DNA of 58,260 nucleotides, the filler included, from Porpidia crustulata (Eukaryota), in the NCBI GenBank assembly GCA_964255105.1. It is 2 parts of 2 records of this genome, joined end to end, with 100 filler letters (N's around TTAATTAATTAA, not from the genome) between each part and the next. Parts side by side here need not be neighbours in the genome. Positions count along the whole stretch, not along the records: positions 1 to 29,270 come from CAXUWE010000027.1; positions 29,371 to 58,260 come from CAXUWE010000028.1. One strand, 5' to 3'. Positions 26,880 to 39,893 of the stretch are shown here, piece by piece (the first letter of the stretch is position 1; every line of letters begins with the position of its first letter). The notes beneath the pieces are model-generated. The model searched no databases, was not told the origin of the DNA, and was given only the letters and a program-made list of their open reading frames with translations. The translations under genes were made by a program, and so were the position numbers.

Positions 26880-28819
26880 ATGCTATTGAAAAAGCCGCTG
26901 GAGGACTTGAAATCCCTTTTGGAGTCAATGGCAGATAGACTGCTGTTCGACACATCATTGTATATCCCCTTGGTAACACCGAAACTGGCCAGAAAATCAA
27001 GTATAGTGAATTACAAGTCCAGGCTCGAAGCAACGCTTCGCTCTTGCGCACTATCAATTGCTTTAGGAAGGACCGCATTGTTTTACTGCACTTCAAGAAT
27101 CATCTCGTCAACATCATATAGTTCTAGTCCGCAGTATATGCAGAATGTATCTCTGTCATATCGACTTCGTTCATGAATAATTCGGAACAGCGTGAGAAGC
27201 ACATTCGTCATCTTCATGCTTTACTCAAAGATCCGCTTTGCTTAACGCGCTCTGACTTGTTTGTGGAATTTTCTGGACAAGACACCCTACACCCTGTGGC
27301 AGTCGAAAGCCTAAGTTGTCCAAACATAGCGAGTAACGTCACCCAAGGAGAAAGTGGCCCAAAACCTGTGGTGCCCAATATGGCAATGCTAATGCTCACC
27401 TCCGGGAGCTCTGGAAACGCGAAAGCCGTCTGTTTGAGTTACGGGCAGGTACTCGCTACCGTTGAAGGCAAAGCCTCTGTTATCAAATTACAAGAGAGGC
27501 ATTCTCTTCTCGAATGGGTCGGTCTCGATCATGTGGCCGGGCTGATAGAAATACATTTACAGGCTATGTATTTGGGCATGGATCAGATCCACGTTCAGCC
27601 TGCAGACTTGATTGCCGAACCGTCACTGTTCTTAAATCTTATAAACAGATATCGGGTATCCCGAACATTTGCCCCTAATTTCTTTCTAGCGAAATTGAGA
27701 CAAACGATGGAGCCCTGTCTTTCCAACGAGGTAAACAAAGGACTGGATTTGAGCTGTCACTCATTTTTGGCTTCTGGTGGAGAGGCCAATCTTGTTGACA
27801 CCGTTGACGCCGTATCGAGGTTACTATGTAAGTATGGTGCTCCGGATAATGTAATTGTTCCAGGCTTCGGTATGACAGAAACCTGCGCCGGTGCCATCTT
27901 CAATATCAAATCTCCGGACTATGACCTTCAAAGACGGTACGATTTTGCGTCTGCCGGTACCTGCATGCCCGGCATCAAGATGCAAACCACTTTATCATCT
28001 GAAGGTGCGCAGCTAGCTGCCCCCGGCGAGCCTGGGAACTTGGAAGTCAGCGGGCCCGTCGTCTTCACAAGCTATTACAACAACGTATTCTCCGACGACG
28101 GTTGGTTCTAAACCGGAGATCAAGCTATCATCGATTCTGCTGGAAATCTCAGTCTAGTAGGTCGGACAAAGGAGACGATGATCATCAATGGACTTAAGTA
28201 TCTTCCGCATGAGCTTGAGACTTCGATTGAAGAAGCGTCTATTGCTAGACTTACGCCAAGCTATACCGTCTACTTCTCGCACCGTACAAAGGGCTCGGAA
28301 ACAAAACAACTCTGCGTAGTCCACTTACCGACTTACGAGTCCGAGGACGTAGAGGCTCGAATTCGTGCTCTCGGCGCCGTTATTAAAATTGTCATGCTTC
28401 AAACTAGCGTCAGACCGTACGTGTTACCTTTGGATAGAGCCGCTCTTCAAAAGTCGACATTAGGCAAAATATCGAGAAAGAAGATTCGAGCAGCTTTCGA
28501 ATCTGGCGGCTACCGAACATATCTGGAGTTAAATGATAAGATGGTAAATTCCTACAAGAAGGTCAGCGCTACGAGTGGTTCGAAGCCCGAAAACGACATG
28601 GAGTCATTTCTCATGATTGAAGTCTGTGAGGTCTTGGGACTTTGTGAAGAGACGTTGCATGTTCAGCGACTCGCAACTCTCCTCATCTCTCCCTCATGGC
28701 CCGCCTACCTCTGCGGTGAAACATCAGATTTGAAAAGAATATCGTTGCCTTTGCACGTGACGGTAGAAGAGAGACTCAAAGCATCATCTTCTTGTCAATC
28801 ATTAAAAAGTCAGATCTAA
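26880..28819 (+). pseudogene. NRPS-like enzyme relic (adenylation domain plus start of T domain; resembles A-T-TE alpha-keto-acid-dimerising synthetases)
   Basis: LMLTSGSSGNAKAV, WVGLDHVAGLIEIHL, FAPNFFLAKL, PGFGMTETCAG, GWF*TGD and KSTLGKISR motifs. 5' frameshift; stops at 27119, 27125 and 28109; similarity ends near 28660. Confidence 0.85.
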
Positions 28820-29270
28820 AGAGCGGATGGCGAAGGAAGTGCGGCACGCAAAAAGACTACCATGCTGGTTCATTGACAGGAGTGAGAGATTGGCATACGT
28901 AGTAGTGGCGACAGCATGACGCTATGCAGCCCGGTAGGAACCCCATCTCTCTCAAGCAATTCGTCATTCACTACCTACCTCTCGATTCGCTATTCCCTGC
29001 TCTTGAAGCAAACACCGCGATATGCTATCCCGGTATGGTAAGCCTGAGAAACAACCTTGTATTGGGCCTGCGGCAGAATTTGTCCTTTACACCAACGGTG
29101 AGATACCTCGGGTTTATACAGTGCGTTTTAGATACTTTAGATATCTCACGAGATCATAGATAGCAGGCAACAAAAGCCATCATGAAAAGAACACGCATTT
29201 TGAATCCCTGTCCGGACACTCGGAGTTGTCATTCATTGTCCCTAGGCTAGCATCAGCAGCAAATATCATC

Positions 29271-29370
29271 NNNNNNNNNNNNNNNNNNNNNNNNNNNNNN
29301 NNNNNNNNNNNNNNTTAATTAATTAANNNNNNNNNNNNNNNNNNNNNNNNNNNNNNNNNNNNNNNNNNNN
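29271..29370. other. Assembly gap / artificial contig spacer
   Basis: 44 N + TTAATTAATTAA (stop codons in all six frames) + 44 N. Confidence 0.97.
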
Positions 29371-29769
29371 TCTCTTAGATCCCTTCTTTACCAGAGTGTG
29401 CTCGTGTCGACGCTCAGAGTGTACCTATACCAGAAACTTCTTTCCGCTTTCAGCTAATGACTGCAAGAAAGGAGTTGAACCCCCAAAAGGTGTAGAATTG
29501 GTATTAACGATATGTCTTTGAGGCCGGTATTAACGATTCGTCTCTGGTAGCTTTTACCGGCCTTCCAACGCTATGCCTAGCCCCCAGCCGATGACTGTAT
29601 AGATGAACTTGAACCATCAGGGGTATTGCAAAAAACGCGTTCTAGCCCTTTGAGTCTCTTAACCGACGTGATGTAGAGTCTAACATGATAAGCTAATGCG
29701 TCTTCTGCCTTATCTAGACGCGTATATAATGGCCCCATCCGTGGTGAGGACTTCAGTCGTCACTGCGAG

Positions 29770-29812
29770 GAGGTTGTAGGGAGGAGCGCGAAGAGGTTGT
29801 AGGGAGGAGCGC
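29770..29812 (+). repeat. 20-bp direct repeat, two copies
   Basis: GAGGTTGTAGGGAGGAGCGC at 29770-29789 and 29793-29812. Confidence 0.85.
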
Positions 29813-30209
29813 TGAAGCACTAGCTTGATTTCGTGTTTTGCAAGGAAAAGATAAACAAAAGACTAAACAGTGCTGTATGATCGCTACCGTGTGAAAATGA
29901 CGCGATTTATTGCTTTTAGATTGATGTTTGCTTGTGATTTAGCAGTATTTGACGCGTACTGTACGAAAAACAGATGAAAATTGACTTTGTTTCGATAAAA
30001 TTTGTGATTTTGCGACGAATTGCGGCCGGATTGCGCCCGATGCTTGGGCGACAACACTCTTTGCTTCACCACCTGCTCAATTTTTGGTCCTAATTGATAA
30101 ATAAGGGCTTGATTTGCTCGGGTAAATGAGCTCTTTAATTTGATGTGAGTTTTGTCTTAATATCTACTTTGGTTCATGGTTGGTATCGATCGCTCCCCAG
30201 TGAACATCA

Positions 30210-30463
30210 GCAGTAAATAAAATATAAAAAATATTTATTGAATAAAGGAATAAAAACGAAAAATAAAAAATAAAAAATATAAAACATTAATAAAAACGTT
30301 TATTAAATATTTTATTAAAACATCGATTACTAAATAAATAAATAATAATGTAATTTAAAAATTTAAAGTAATTCGTAATTAAGTTAAATTTTTAATAAAT
30401 GTTCGTTAATGAAGAGTAAATTTTAACGTTATTGAGATAGGGACGTTATTGAGCTGAAACCCA
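30210..30463. repeat. Very AT-rich tract, probable degenerate (RIP-like mutated) transposon remnant
   Basis: Abrupt AT-rich composition near the contig start, ending in a repeated ACGTTATTGAG motif. Confidence 0.45.
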
Positions 30464-30710
30464 CCTACCGAAGGTAGGTGCCCACGATTAGGTGTAGGTA
30501 GAGTAGCTCACCTGTGAGGTTGCCTGGACTGCAGGTAGTCTTAGCTTAACGAAAACCCCTGAGGCGCCCAATAATTAGCTAAAGTTGGAACACTTCTTAA
30601 CTAAATATCACCCCTCAACGTAACCCTAGATACCCATTTCCATCACTAGATACTCCAAGCTCATCATCTACGTGATATTCAGAAGGAAATCAAAAGCTTC
30701 AAAACTTGAG

Positions 30711-32088
30711 ATGGCGCGACCAAAGAAAGAGGAGAAGTCGAAAGACTCTGCAAGTTTGCAAGTCAGTATCGAGGACTTCGTCCGCACCAGGGACTCGGTA
30801 AGCCAAATCTATTTCATTTCGCCGAGCTTTGTCGCGACTTTCCCCTCAACACATTGTCGTCGCGTTCCATCACAACATGGCCGTAAACCTCCTCACAATT
30901 GCCTTTGTCAAACAACCTACAACAATGCCTGATCAGCACTACATGACGCGACCGCAGCTAACCGCTGCCTTACACTCTGTCAATCTCCTCACCAACCCGT
31001 GCGAAGTCGTTGGCGAGGTGGTTTACAGGCTTGCGCACAACATTGTATACGGGGCCTCTCATCCGAAGCAAAGTCAGCTAATTTTCACACCCCAGGTTGT
31101 TACTGGCCTTGCGACTCTCCAGTCTGCAGTTCAAGATCTTTCACGCGCCTACATCGCCCATACCAACACTGTCATCGGCAAAGGCTCTGGATCTGCTCTG
31201 GAGCTCATGAATGTCGCGAATCCTCTTGGCCCGGGCGAGAATACTCTTTTCGCTGGACGTACCGCTACTCCTGGTCCAAACGTAGAGGGTGGAGACAACA
31301 AGAAGAGGAAGAGAGCCCCCCATGACAAGAATGCGCCCAAACGTCCTGTCACTCCATATTTCTTATACATGCAGACCGCGAGGTCTGAAATTGCTAGCGA
31401 GATGCCAGCAGGGCACACCGCAAAGCAGGTGGCCGATGAAGGGACAAAGAGGTGGCTGGAAATGCCAAAAGAGCAGAAGGAGGTCGGCTAAACCCTCCTC
31501 ATGACATGACAAATTGAAAAACACTTCTAATGACAATGTGGTCTGTAGAAGTGGAGCCATAAGTACGGTATTAACTTCGCGCGATATAGAGAGAAGGTGA
31601 AGGCCTATAAAGAGGGAAAGCCAATCCCAGAGATTAGCGATGCAGAAGCCAAGAAGCTCTACGATCAGCGACGGAAAGACGATGGATTTCCAGACCTACC
31701 TCTTGACGATCCCACTGTCGAAGACGAGGTCGACAGTGACACCTCCGATGCCTCTACCTCTGACGATGAGTCGCCGGAGCCTGTCAAAGCTCGTTCGCCT
31801 CCACGATCGAGTAAGCGTAGCAAGAAGGACAAGGAACTGCCGGTCAAGCCAACACGTTCCAAACCGAGCGAAAATGTCGCGAGTCCAGTGGTCCAGCGAG
31901 GATCGAAGTCTCCCGAAAACGAGAGGAAGAAACAGGCACGGAAAAATGCCAAGATTAGCGAAAATGTGTTGGAGACCAAAAAGGAAGCGGTCGAGATCGC
32001 AAGCTCACCAATATTGGCAAATCAAGACAATTCACAGAAGAAGAAGACGAAGGGCAGGAAGCGCAAGAGTGAGGCAATTCAGGCTTAG
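30711..32088 (+). CDS. HMG-box chromatin protein, Hmo1-like; 3 exons (30711-30797, 31096-31482, 31549-32088)
   Basis: HDKNAPKRPVTPYFLYM..RWLEMPKEQKE|KW HMG box, followed by an acidic region and a Lys-rich tail. GT-AG introns. Confidence 0.88.
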
Positions 32089-32588
32089 GTGTTGTGCGTG
32101 ACGACTGGAAAGAACTTACGGATCAGTGATCATGACATTATTATCTCTGACTTCTGCAATGTTGTTCTTGAATGGAAATCAAAGAATGTTTCCGTTATCA
32201 GGGACTGTATTTCGCAGGATTTATGAGGCCAGTCATTCTCGGTTCATGTATGCGCCAAAGTTGTTCTGTATCAAAGAGAAATGCCGAGATTTGTTAGTAC
32301 TTCTTCTTAGTTTGTCTCGTGGCTGAATATTAGCTGAAGTAGAAAAGAAAGTGTAAATTATTGTTCTGAACGTGTACACGTAGATCAAGGAATATCTTAT
32401 CTATATGGTGTATATTATAATATGATACTTCCTGCACTTGTAAACTCGGCAATCGCCAATGCAAACCCCGCAACCCTCGATGTTGGTTATCCACCTCTCA
32501 CATATCCTACTTGCTTCAATACCACGAACACGTATCTGAAGACGGTCAATTCATTGCACTTACTCGCACCGGGATTAGTAAATCCAAG

Positions 32589-35531
32589 ATGCATCTTATT
32601 CCCAAAGAAGTACAGTCATTTTCAGTCGGTCCTTTATCTAAATAACAGCTAAGATAGCTTGTACAGGTCGACAAACTAGCCACTTCGCAGCTTGGAATTC
32701 TTGCCCAACGTCGTCTTGCGAGAGGTGTCAGGCTGAATCACGCAGAAGCCACCGTAGGTCCTTGTCCTGCCTGTATCCCCGAGGATGCCTAATGAGCGGA
32801 GTGAAAGGCATTAATAGCAAATAACCTGCAAGAAGTATGTCTTCAAAACGGACGTGGAAGAAGGACCTGCTGAACTAGGTCCTTAAGCTCATTCGCGATG
32901 GCAATCACTCTGTGTCAGACCTCATGTCTATTGGGAAGAGCATGCTTGGAAGACGCCATGTCCTTCCATCAGTAACCTCATCCTTGGCTGAGCTCATGGT
33001 TGAGGGCACGTTTCCGACTGGCACATACCTCGTGACCGTTCATCATCCAATTAGCTCCGATGACGGTGATTTGGAAAAGGCGTTATATGGCAGCTTCCTT
33101 CCTATACCGTCAGAGGACCTTTTTCCCATTCAGGATGCAGCACAATATGAAGCAAAGAATATGCCAGGCGCTGTAGTGCCAATCCAGGAAGATAAAATTG
33201 TGCTTCGCGATGGCAGGAAGAGAATGTGGCTCAAAGTCACTAGTAAGGGTGACCGACCGATACAGGTAGGCTCGCTGCATCTTTGTGCATTCAAAACTTT
33301 GAGACAACATACAGATCGGATCCCACTATCACTTGATTGAAGCAAACCCACAGTTGGACTTTGATCGGCTTCGTGCTTATGGCTACTTTCTAGACATAGC
33401 AGCAGGCACATCCATAAGGTTCGAGCCCGGGGATACCAAAACGGTTAGTCTTGTCGAGATCGGTGGACGTAAAATTATTGAAGGCGGCCATGGCATAGCC
33501 TCAGGCCGTGTCGATACGTCGCGTGCAGAAGAAATTCGAAGACGTTTACAGGAGGGAGGCTTTGCTCATACACCAGAACCAGCCGGCGACAGGGCTATCA
33601 CCAGGCCATTTTCCATGACTCGCCATGCTTACATAGGAATGTTTGGCCCTACCGTTGGCGATGCTGTACGATTGGGTTCAACAGATCTGTGGATCACGGT
33701 GGAAAAGGATTATACCATTTACGGAGATGAGTGCAAGTTCGGGGGCGGGAAGACCCTTCGAGAAGGAATGGGCCAGGCCAGTGGTCGCCCTGACGCCGAA
33801 GTGTTGGATACGGTGATAACAAACGCAATAATCGTGGATTGGAGTGGCATCTTTAAAGCAGACATTGGTATCAAAGATGGAATGATTGTTGGCATTGGTA
33901 AGGCAGGCAACCCTGATACCATGGATGGTGTCAGCCAAGCGATGGTTGTAGGCGCTTGTACAGATGTCATTGCAAGTGAGGGAAGCATCATCACCGCTGG
34001 CGGCCTCGACTCGCACATTCATCTCATTTGTCCACAACAAGCGTATGAGGCTATAGCGTCAGGCATTACAACAATGCTTGGCGGCGGTACTGGGCCAAGC
34101 ACAGGCACCAGTGCAACTACATGCACCCCCGGAAAGGTACATATGCGGCAAATGTTGCAGGCGTGCGATGAATTACCTCTCAACTTCGGCATCACAGGAA
34201 AGGGAAATGACAGTAGACCAATAGCATTACAAGAGCAATGTATCGCTGGTGCTGCTGGCCTGAAGCTGCACGAGGACTGGGGAACAACCCCATCAGCCAT
34301 TGATGCATGTCTAGATGTCTGTGACGAATACGATGTCCAGTGCCTTATCCACACGGATACTCTCAATGAATCCGGTTTTGTTGAGCAAACCATAGCTGCT
34401 TTCAAGAATCGCACTATTCACACCTACCACACCGAAGGTGCCGGAGGGGGCCATGCTCCAGATATTATCTCCGTCGTCGAACATAGCAATGTCCTCCCGA
34501 GCAGTACCAATCCAACCCGTCCATTTACTCTCAACACTCTGGACGAACACCTCGATATGCTGATGGTCTGTCACCACTTATCAAAAAAGATCCCCGAAGA
34601 CGTCGCCTTCGCTGAATCCCGCATTCGGGCTGAGACTATCGCAGCTGAAGACGTCCTGCATGATCTTGGCGCTATCAGTATGATGTCCTCAGATTCGCAG
34701 GCCATGGGTCGTTGTGGAGAAGTTATTCTTCGGACCTGGAACACCGCTCACAAGAACAAATTACAGCGAGGGACATTGAAAGAAGATGAGGGCAGCGGGG
34801 TCGATAATTATAGAGTAAAGAGATATATTAGTAAATACACCATTAATCCTGCAATCGCGCAAGGTATGAGTCACATACTTGGGAGTGTAGAGGTAGGAAA
34901 GCTGGCAGATCTGGTTATGTGGAATCCTGCTAGTTTTGGGACGAAGCCGGATATGGTTATCAAGAGTGGGATGATATCTTATGCACAGATGGTGGGTGTG
35001 CCTCCCAACACTGTGAGATGTACTCATAATAGTCAGGGCGACCCCAACGCCTCGATCCCTACTGTCGAGCCAATTATTATGCGTCCTATGTTCGCTGTAA
35101 GCTTTTCCCTTGTGCCTGTTGATCATCCAACATCCGGGTTGAACCACTATTGACTTACCTGCCCTTATAGGCCTTTGTGCCACAAACCTCTGTGACATTC
35201 GTCTCTCAGGCTTCTGTCGCCACTGGCACCATTAAGAGTTACAACCTACGGAAGAGGATCGAGGTAGTGAAGAATTGTAGGAATATCGGGAAGAAAGATA
35301 TGAAGTTTAACGATGTCATGCCGAAGATGAGGGTCGACCCTGAAAGCTACGTAAGTGCTCTCGTTCCATTCATGGGCAATTGGGTAGTCGGGGTTTTGCC
35401 AGGGAATCTACAGAGGAATCTGTACTGACCAAGACCTCTCGCATGACTAGGTCGTCGAGGCAGATGGGATGGTCTGTAAAGCAGAGCCAGCGACGGCACT
35501 ACCCTTGACCCAGGCACACTATGTCTTTTAG
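32589..35531 (+). CDS. URE1: Urease (single-chain eukaryotic type, multi-exon)
   Basis: [65 protein letters not shown] and SDSQAMGR motifs; ends PLTQAHYVF*. Confidence 0.97.
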
Positions 35532-36231
35532 GGAGTGAAATAGTTAGGGGTCAGGGTAGGATGTACGTAAGTACGTATGAACTTTTATGCAGTGATGATG
35601 ATAATTAGCAGATGTTTTGACGAGTGTCTTGTCTATATCGCAAATCTGGTACTGCTCAAGCGTCTTGTACATGGGTCACTTCACATATGATACAGCAACA
35701 GAATTGCCACTACTGCCCTCCTGTGTATTTTAGTATGGATTGAGGCCTGACGTTGCTATCTACGCGTCGAAAGAAATCATTGTATTGTAATCTCGAGTAC
35801 CCCTCCTATTTTGCCCATCTCGAGATTGCCCACCTTTGAGGCAATGGCCATGATCTCTTATCATTTCGACATTTATGCATATCTTGCAGCAGCAGTAAGT
35901 CTCAATTGGTGTGAGGGAGGCGACATCGAATACTCGCTCGTTTGTCCATACAGTGCTGGAGTCTTATCATGCTTCCAGCACAATCTTGACCGGCTCTCTG
36001 TTCTCAACGGCTATCCGACGTTTATATTGCACATACTTTAATGAGCCTTCTGCAATATTATGTGAATAGTCCTCTACTGAATTCCAAGAGGACGGACTGG
36101 AGCGCCGCATTTTCTAAGACTGTTTTTCCGCTCAAGTATAACCATGCTAATATAGCTATATATAACGGACGAACAAAGAAATTCTTTACAGAAATTCCAC
36201 ACCGTGGTACCCAGATACCCTTTCCCAAGCA

Positions 36232-39127
36232 TCATAATTCCAGCTCGCACTCCCCATGGCCTCCCTTCGAGGTCACTAAATCCACCTCACTCCACCCTGA
36301 GCCTTTTACCCCCTTCGCGGCTCGATAGGCTGCTTTTCTGTGCTTCATTGACGAGGACTGAGCCTCTACATTCAAGCGATAATATTTAGCATCGTCTTCT
36401 TGGTCCCCTGTTTGAGTTTGAGGGGGCTCTTGAGATTCGAAGGCGGAGGTGGGAAGGGAGAGCTGGGAGTCTTGCGAGTTGTGAGCGATCCCGGTGCTGG
36501 ATTCGGATCCGAGGCCATCAGGTCGGGGCGGTGTTTGGGGAACTAGCGAAGAAGATGGGGCGGAGGCAGTTGTCTCTTGTGACGAGAAGGAGAGGGGATA
36601 CGCTTGTGTGCCCGAGAGAGATGGTCTTACATCTGGATGGAGCTTTTTGTCTTTGCCTCTAATATCGGTACAAGACCTGGCTTCAGGAATCTGAAATGGT
36701 GTGCTGTCGCTTCTATCATGTTCAATTATTTTCTCGACCATTTTGTGCAAGCCATGAGCTTTGTGTAGATGATATTTCCAAGATGATTTGGATTCGAAGG
36801 CTGGTGCTTTCAGCATTGAACACCTGCCCCAAAGGCATTTGTATCTTGGAGACCCGCTCGTAGTAATGAGACTCCGGTGATCTAAAATTATGTGCTGCCG
36901 AAGGCCGGCGAGCAAATCAAAGACCTTATTGCACGTCTGCCATCTACATTGGAAGTCTTTTCGTTCGTCATTACCTTGTAGAGGGGGCTCAGCGTGGAAT
37001 CTGGATTCTTGGGGTTCGTCGGCAAGATCCGTCGTGGATGTGGATGCTATAACGGACGGTTCACCCGCGATATATATACTGCGGTCATCGTCTCCTGGAG
37101 CAAGCGGCTCAACTTGAGACTTGGGACTTGTAAGCCACCCTTCAAAGGAGCTTTTAATGTTGTCCGACGGCGTCCGAAAAAAGGTAGCACTGGGAGCAAC
37201 ACTCTTTGAAGTAATTCCTTTCTTGGATATATTAGGGCAATGGCGGCTGACATAGTCGCCTTTCAAGGGCGCTTTTTTAGGTGATGTCGTGAGTTGACTA
37301 GGACTCTGATTTGCTCTTCCGATTGGTTCTCGGGTAGTCCGAGATCTCTTTCGAGGCAGTTGTCGAGGGTCGCTGGCTATTTGCATATTAATGTGGATTT
37401 CATTCGTTCTCACGAATCTAGCTAGAATGGCATCTTGCTCGTGCTTTTGATCCGAGTCTATGTTTCCTGTTGGTTGACTACAGATATCATCTTGCGGATT
37501 GAGCTTTACTATTTGCCGCTTCGTGGTATGTGATCCTATTTCTTCGCCTTTGAGAAGGCTCATCTCTTTATCATGAGAGAAGATGTTGCCAGAGCACAAA
37601 TGGCCAAATAGAGAACAGATACTTACCTCCCAATTCCAACCATCATCGTCAACAGTACAGGGATATACATCCACTGGCTTAAAGGCTGCTACAAGGTCGC
37701 AGAGCTCGTTATAGGACGAGTGCCGCGAGTAGGGGAATTGCTTTGCAGATAGTTAGAATCAAAATTTCTTCAAGCATATGCACATGCCTCACAATACTCG
37801 TTGGAAGCTTTTGAGATGAACCATATGATTTCCTGCTCTTCATGGCTTTGGATCCAGTAGCCATGTTGTGCGCATCTCTTACTTTCCAATCGAAACTCTT
37901 CTCTCTATCTGCAAGTTCCGCCAAAAGAGCTGTAAGCCTCTCCAATGGTATAGAATCATCACAATCGGCTAGTCCGAGGAGGTCCAGAGAGATTGACTTT
38001 TTATGTGAGGATAGAGTAGACGACAGAAAGCTGAGTGTCTTCTCTCGCGCTAGCGTGTCAGGTATAGTACTCAAACATAGCCTCATTAGTTCAAGAGCAG
38101 CTCTTGGGTCACTGAGCTCTAGCTCATGCGCTTGCGTGAGATCCCCTTCCCCACCGTCTGCGCCAACCTCTAGTATAATGGCACCCTCTGAGCGCGATAT
38201 AATCGGCGTAATCCATACAACATCGGACTGCTCGAGAGTTGGACAGAGCGTACCAAGCTCGCAGCTGTGTATTCTGACTGCGTGTTTACTAGTCAGACAG
38301 CCCTCCTGCGCTCGGTTTCCATATTTGAAACCGCACAACACTTGACCCTCTGATGATGAAATTGTGCCACTAGGAGCTGGAGCAAGAGATCCATAGAGTT
38401 CCTTTTTGTAGCGATCGACGTGGATCTGAGATCGGAGGGCCAATGCAAGAGCAATCCACACCTCCTCGTAGCCCGGAGTCCACGCGTGAAAATGGAAGAC
38501 GGTCTCTTTCGGATACCTCATGACCTTCGTTAGTAGCTCTTTCAGTCCCTCGGCCTTTGTTGGAAAGGCTCGGAAATATTCGTTCTTGGCAGCAAACGTG
38601 GTATCGAGATAGATCTTATCTAATTTTCGATGGCCGTGAGTATACGGTATGACGACAGGATTGCGGATCAAAGCATTCACGAACCAAGGTTCGGCGCGAA
38701 TATCACCTGTATACAATACAGCTTGCACAGCATCTTCGATCAGGAACATCACAGCCCCCACACAATGATTAGCATCCAGCAGCGTTACTCGAATCGAGCT
38801 TCCTAGCCGTAGCTCTATCTCCGTTGGAGCATTCAGAGGGATAGGTTTGAGTAGATTTCGAAGATGTTTGTAATGTTGTTTTCTCGTCTCTAGGATCCCT
38901 TCTGCAAAGTTCATCCTATGAGGGTACTTCTCGAGCCGCAGTAAAAGCTCTCTGGTAGCTGATGAACAGTAGACGAAGGGCGCTTTCAAAGCCTCAAGTC
39001 CTGTTAGATGATCACTGTGTACATGACTCAAGAACACTGCCAGCGGTGGTGTCCGACCAGCGATAGTTCGGAAGTAATCCACTCGTATCTCTGGGAATTC
39101 TTTCACTATACCCTTGAAGGTAGACAT
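36232..39127 (-). CDS. Artemis/SNM1-family metallo-beta-lactamase (beta-CASP) nuclease with C-terminal C2H2-like fingers
   Basis: FLSHVHSDH, DANHCVGAVMFL, LYTGDIR and YLDTT motifs. Intron ~37790-37741 gives FPYSRHSSY. Long disordered tail. Confidence 0.9.
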
Positions 39128-39863
39128 TATCACCGCTTGAGCACTTGCGAATGGAGCTACATTCAGCCATATGGCTTATGCACCACGCAAAAGAAGCGTA
39201 CGACCGCTTTATCAACACAATCCTCAATAGATGTCGTTTTTGACGAAGACAATTTGGAAAGTGGGATAATAAAATTGATAGTAGAGAAATGAAATAATTG
39301 GCAAAGTTGCGACTCATAGGATCGCTGGCAATTTAGGTTCGGCCGCTGCCCTGAAAACACCACTTGTCAGCTGAGGCCTTTGCATAGCTATGGAAAGTTG
39401 ACGGTTTTTACACTGTGAGACGAGATTAATGAAAGAGCCGTGTACAATAATGTGAGAGAATGGTGAATAAATGTAGCGATGGACACTGTCCCGACGTGCT
39501 AAACACTATGAATAAAGGTGAGGCATGAGATACGTACGATACGCTCACCATCCCGCCAGAATTCAGTCAGTCTGGTGATCACGCAAGCATTCTTTCCTAA
39601 AATTCCTGCCTGTGCGAGATGCTTTAGCGGCGAGGTCTTTTTGGCCATTCAGAAGCATCCAACGGAGTATATCAGGGCAAACCCTCCGTGACACCCTGGA
39701 CTACCGTGTGACAACAAACATAATCAAGAACGAAGAAAAGCGCCACTTACTCCAAGACTTGAGCTAACCTATTAATCTTCATTTCCCGATCGTGGAAACC
39801 ACAAGACATACAGATATATACAGAAGGTGACTAGGTAGATACTTATTGACCAACCAAGCCAAG

Positions 39864-39893
39864 CTACTACTACTACTACTACTACTACTACTA
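39864..39893 (+). repeat. (CTA)10 microsatellite
   Basis: Perfect CTA x10. Confidence 0.95.

Noticed and set aside
29315..29326. TTAATTAATTAA palindrome as a biological motif
   Set aside because: Embedded symmetrically in Ns; an assembly linker.
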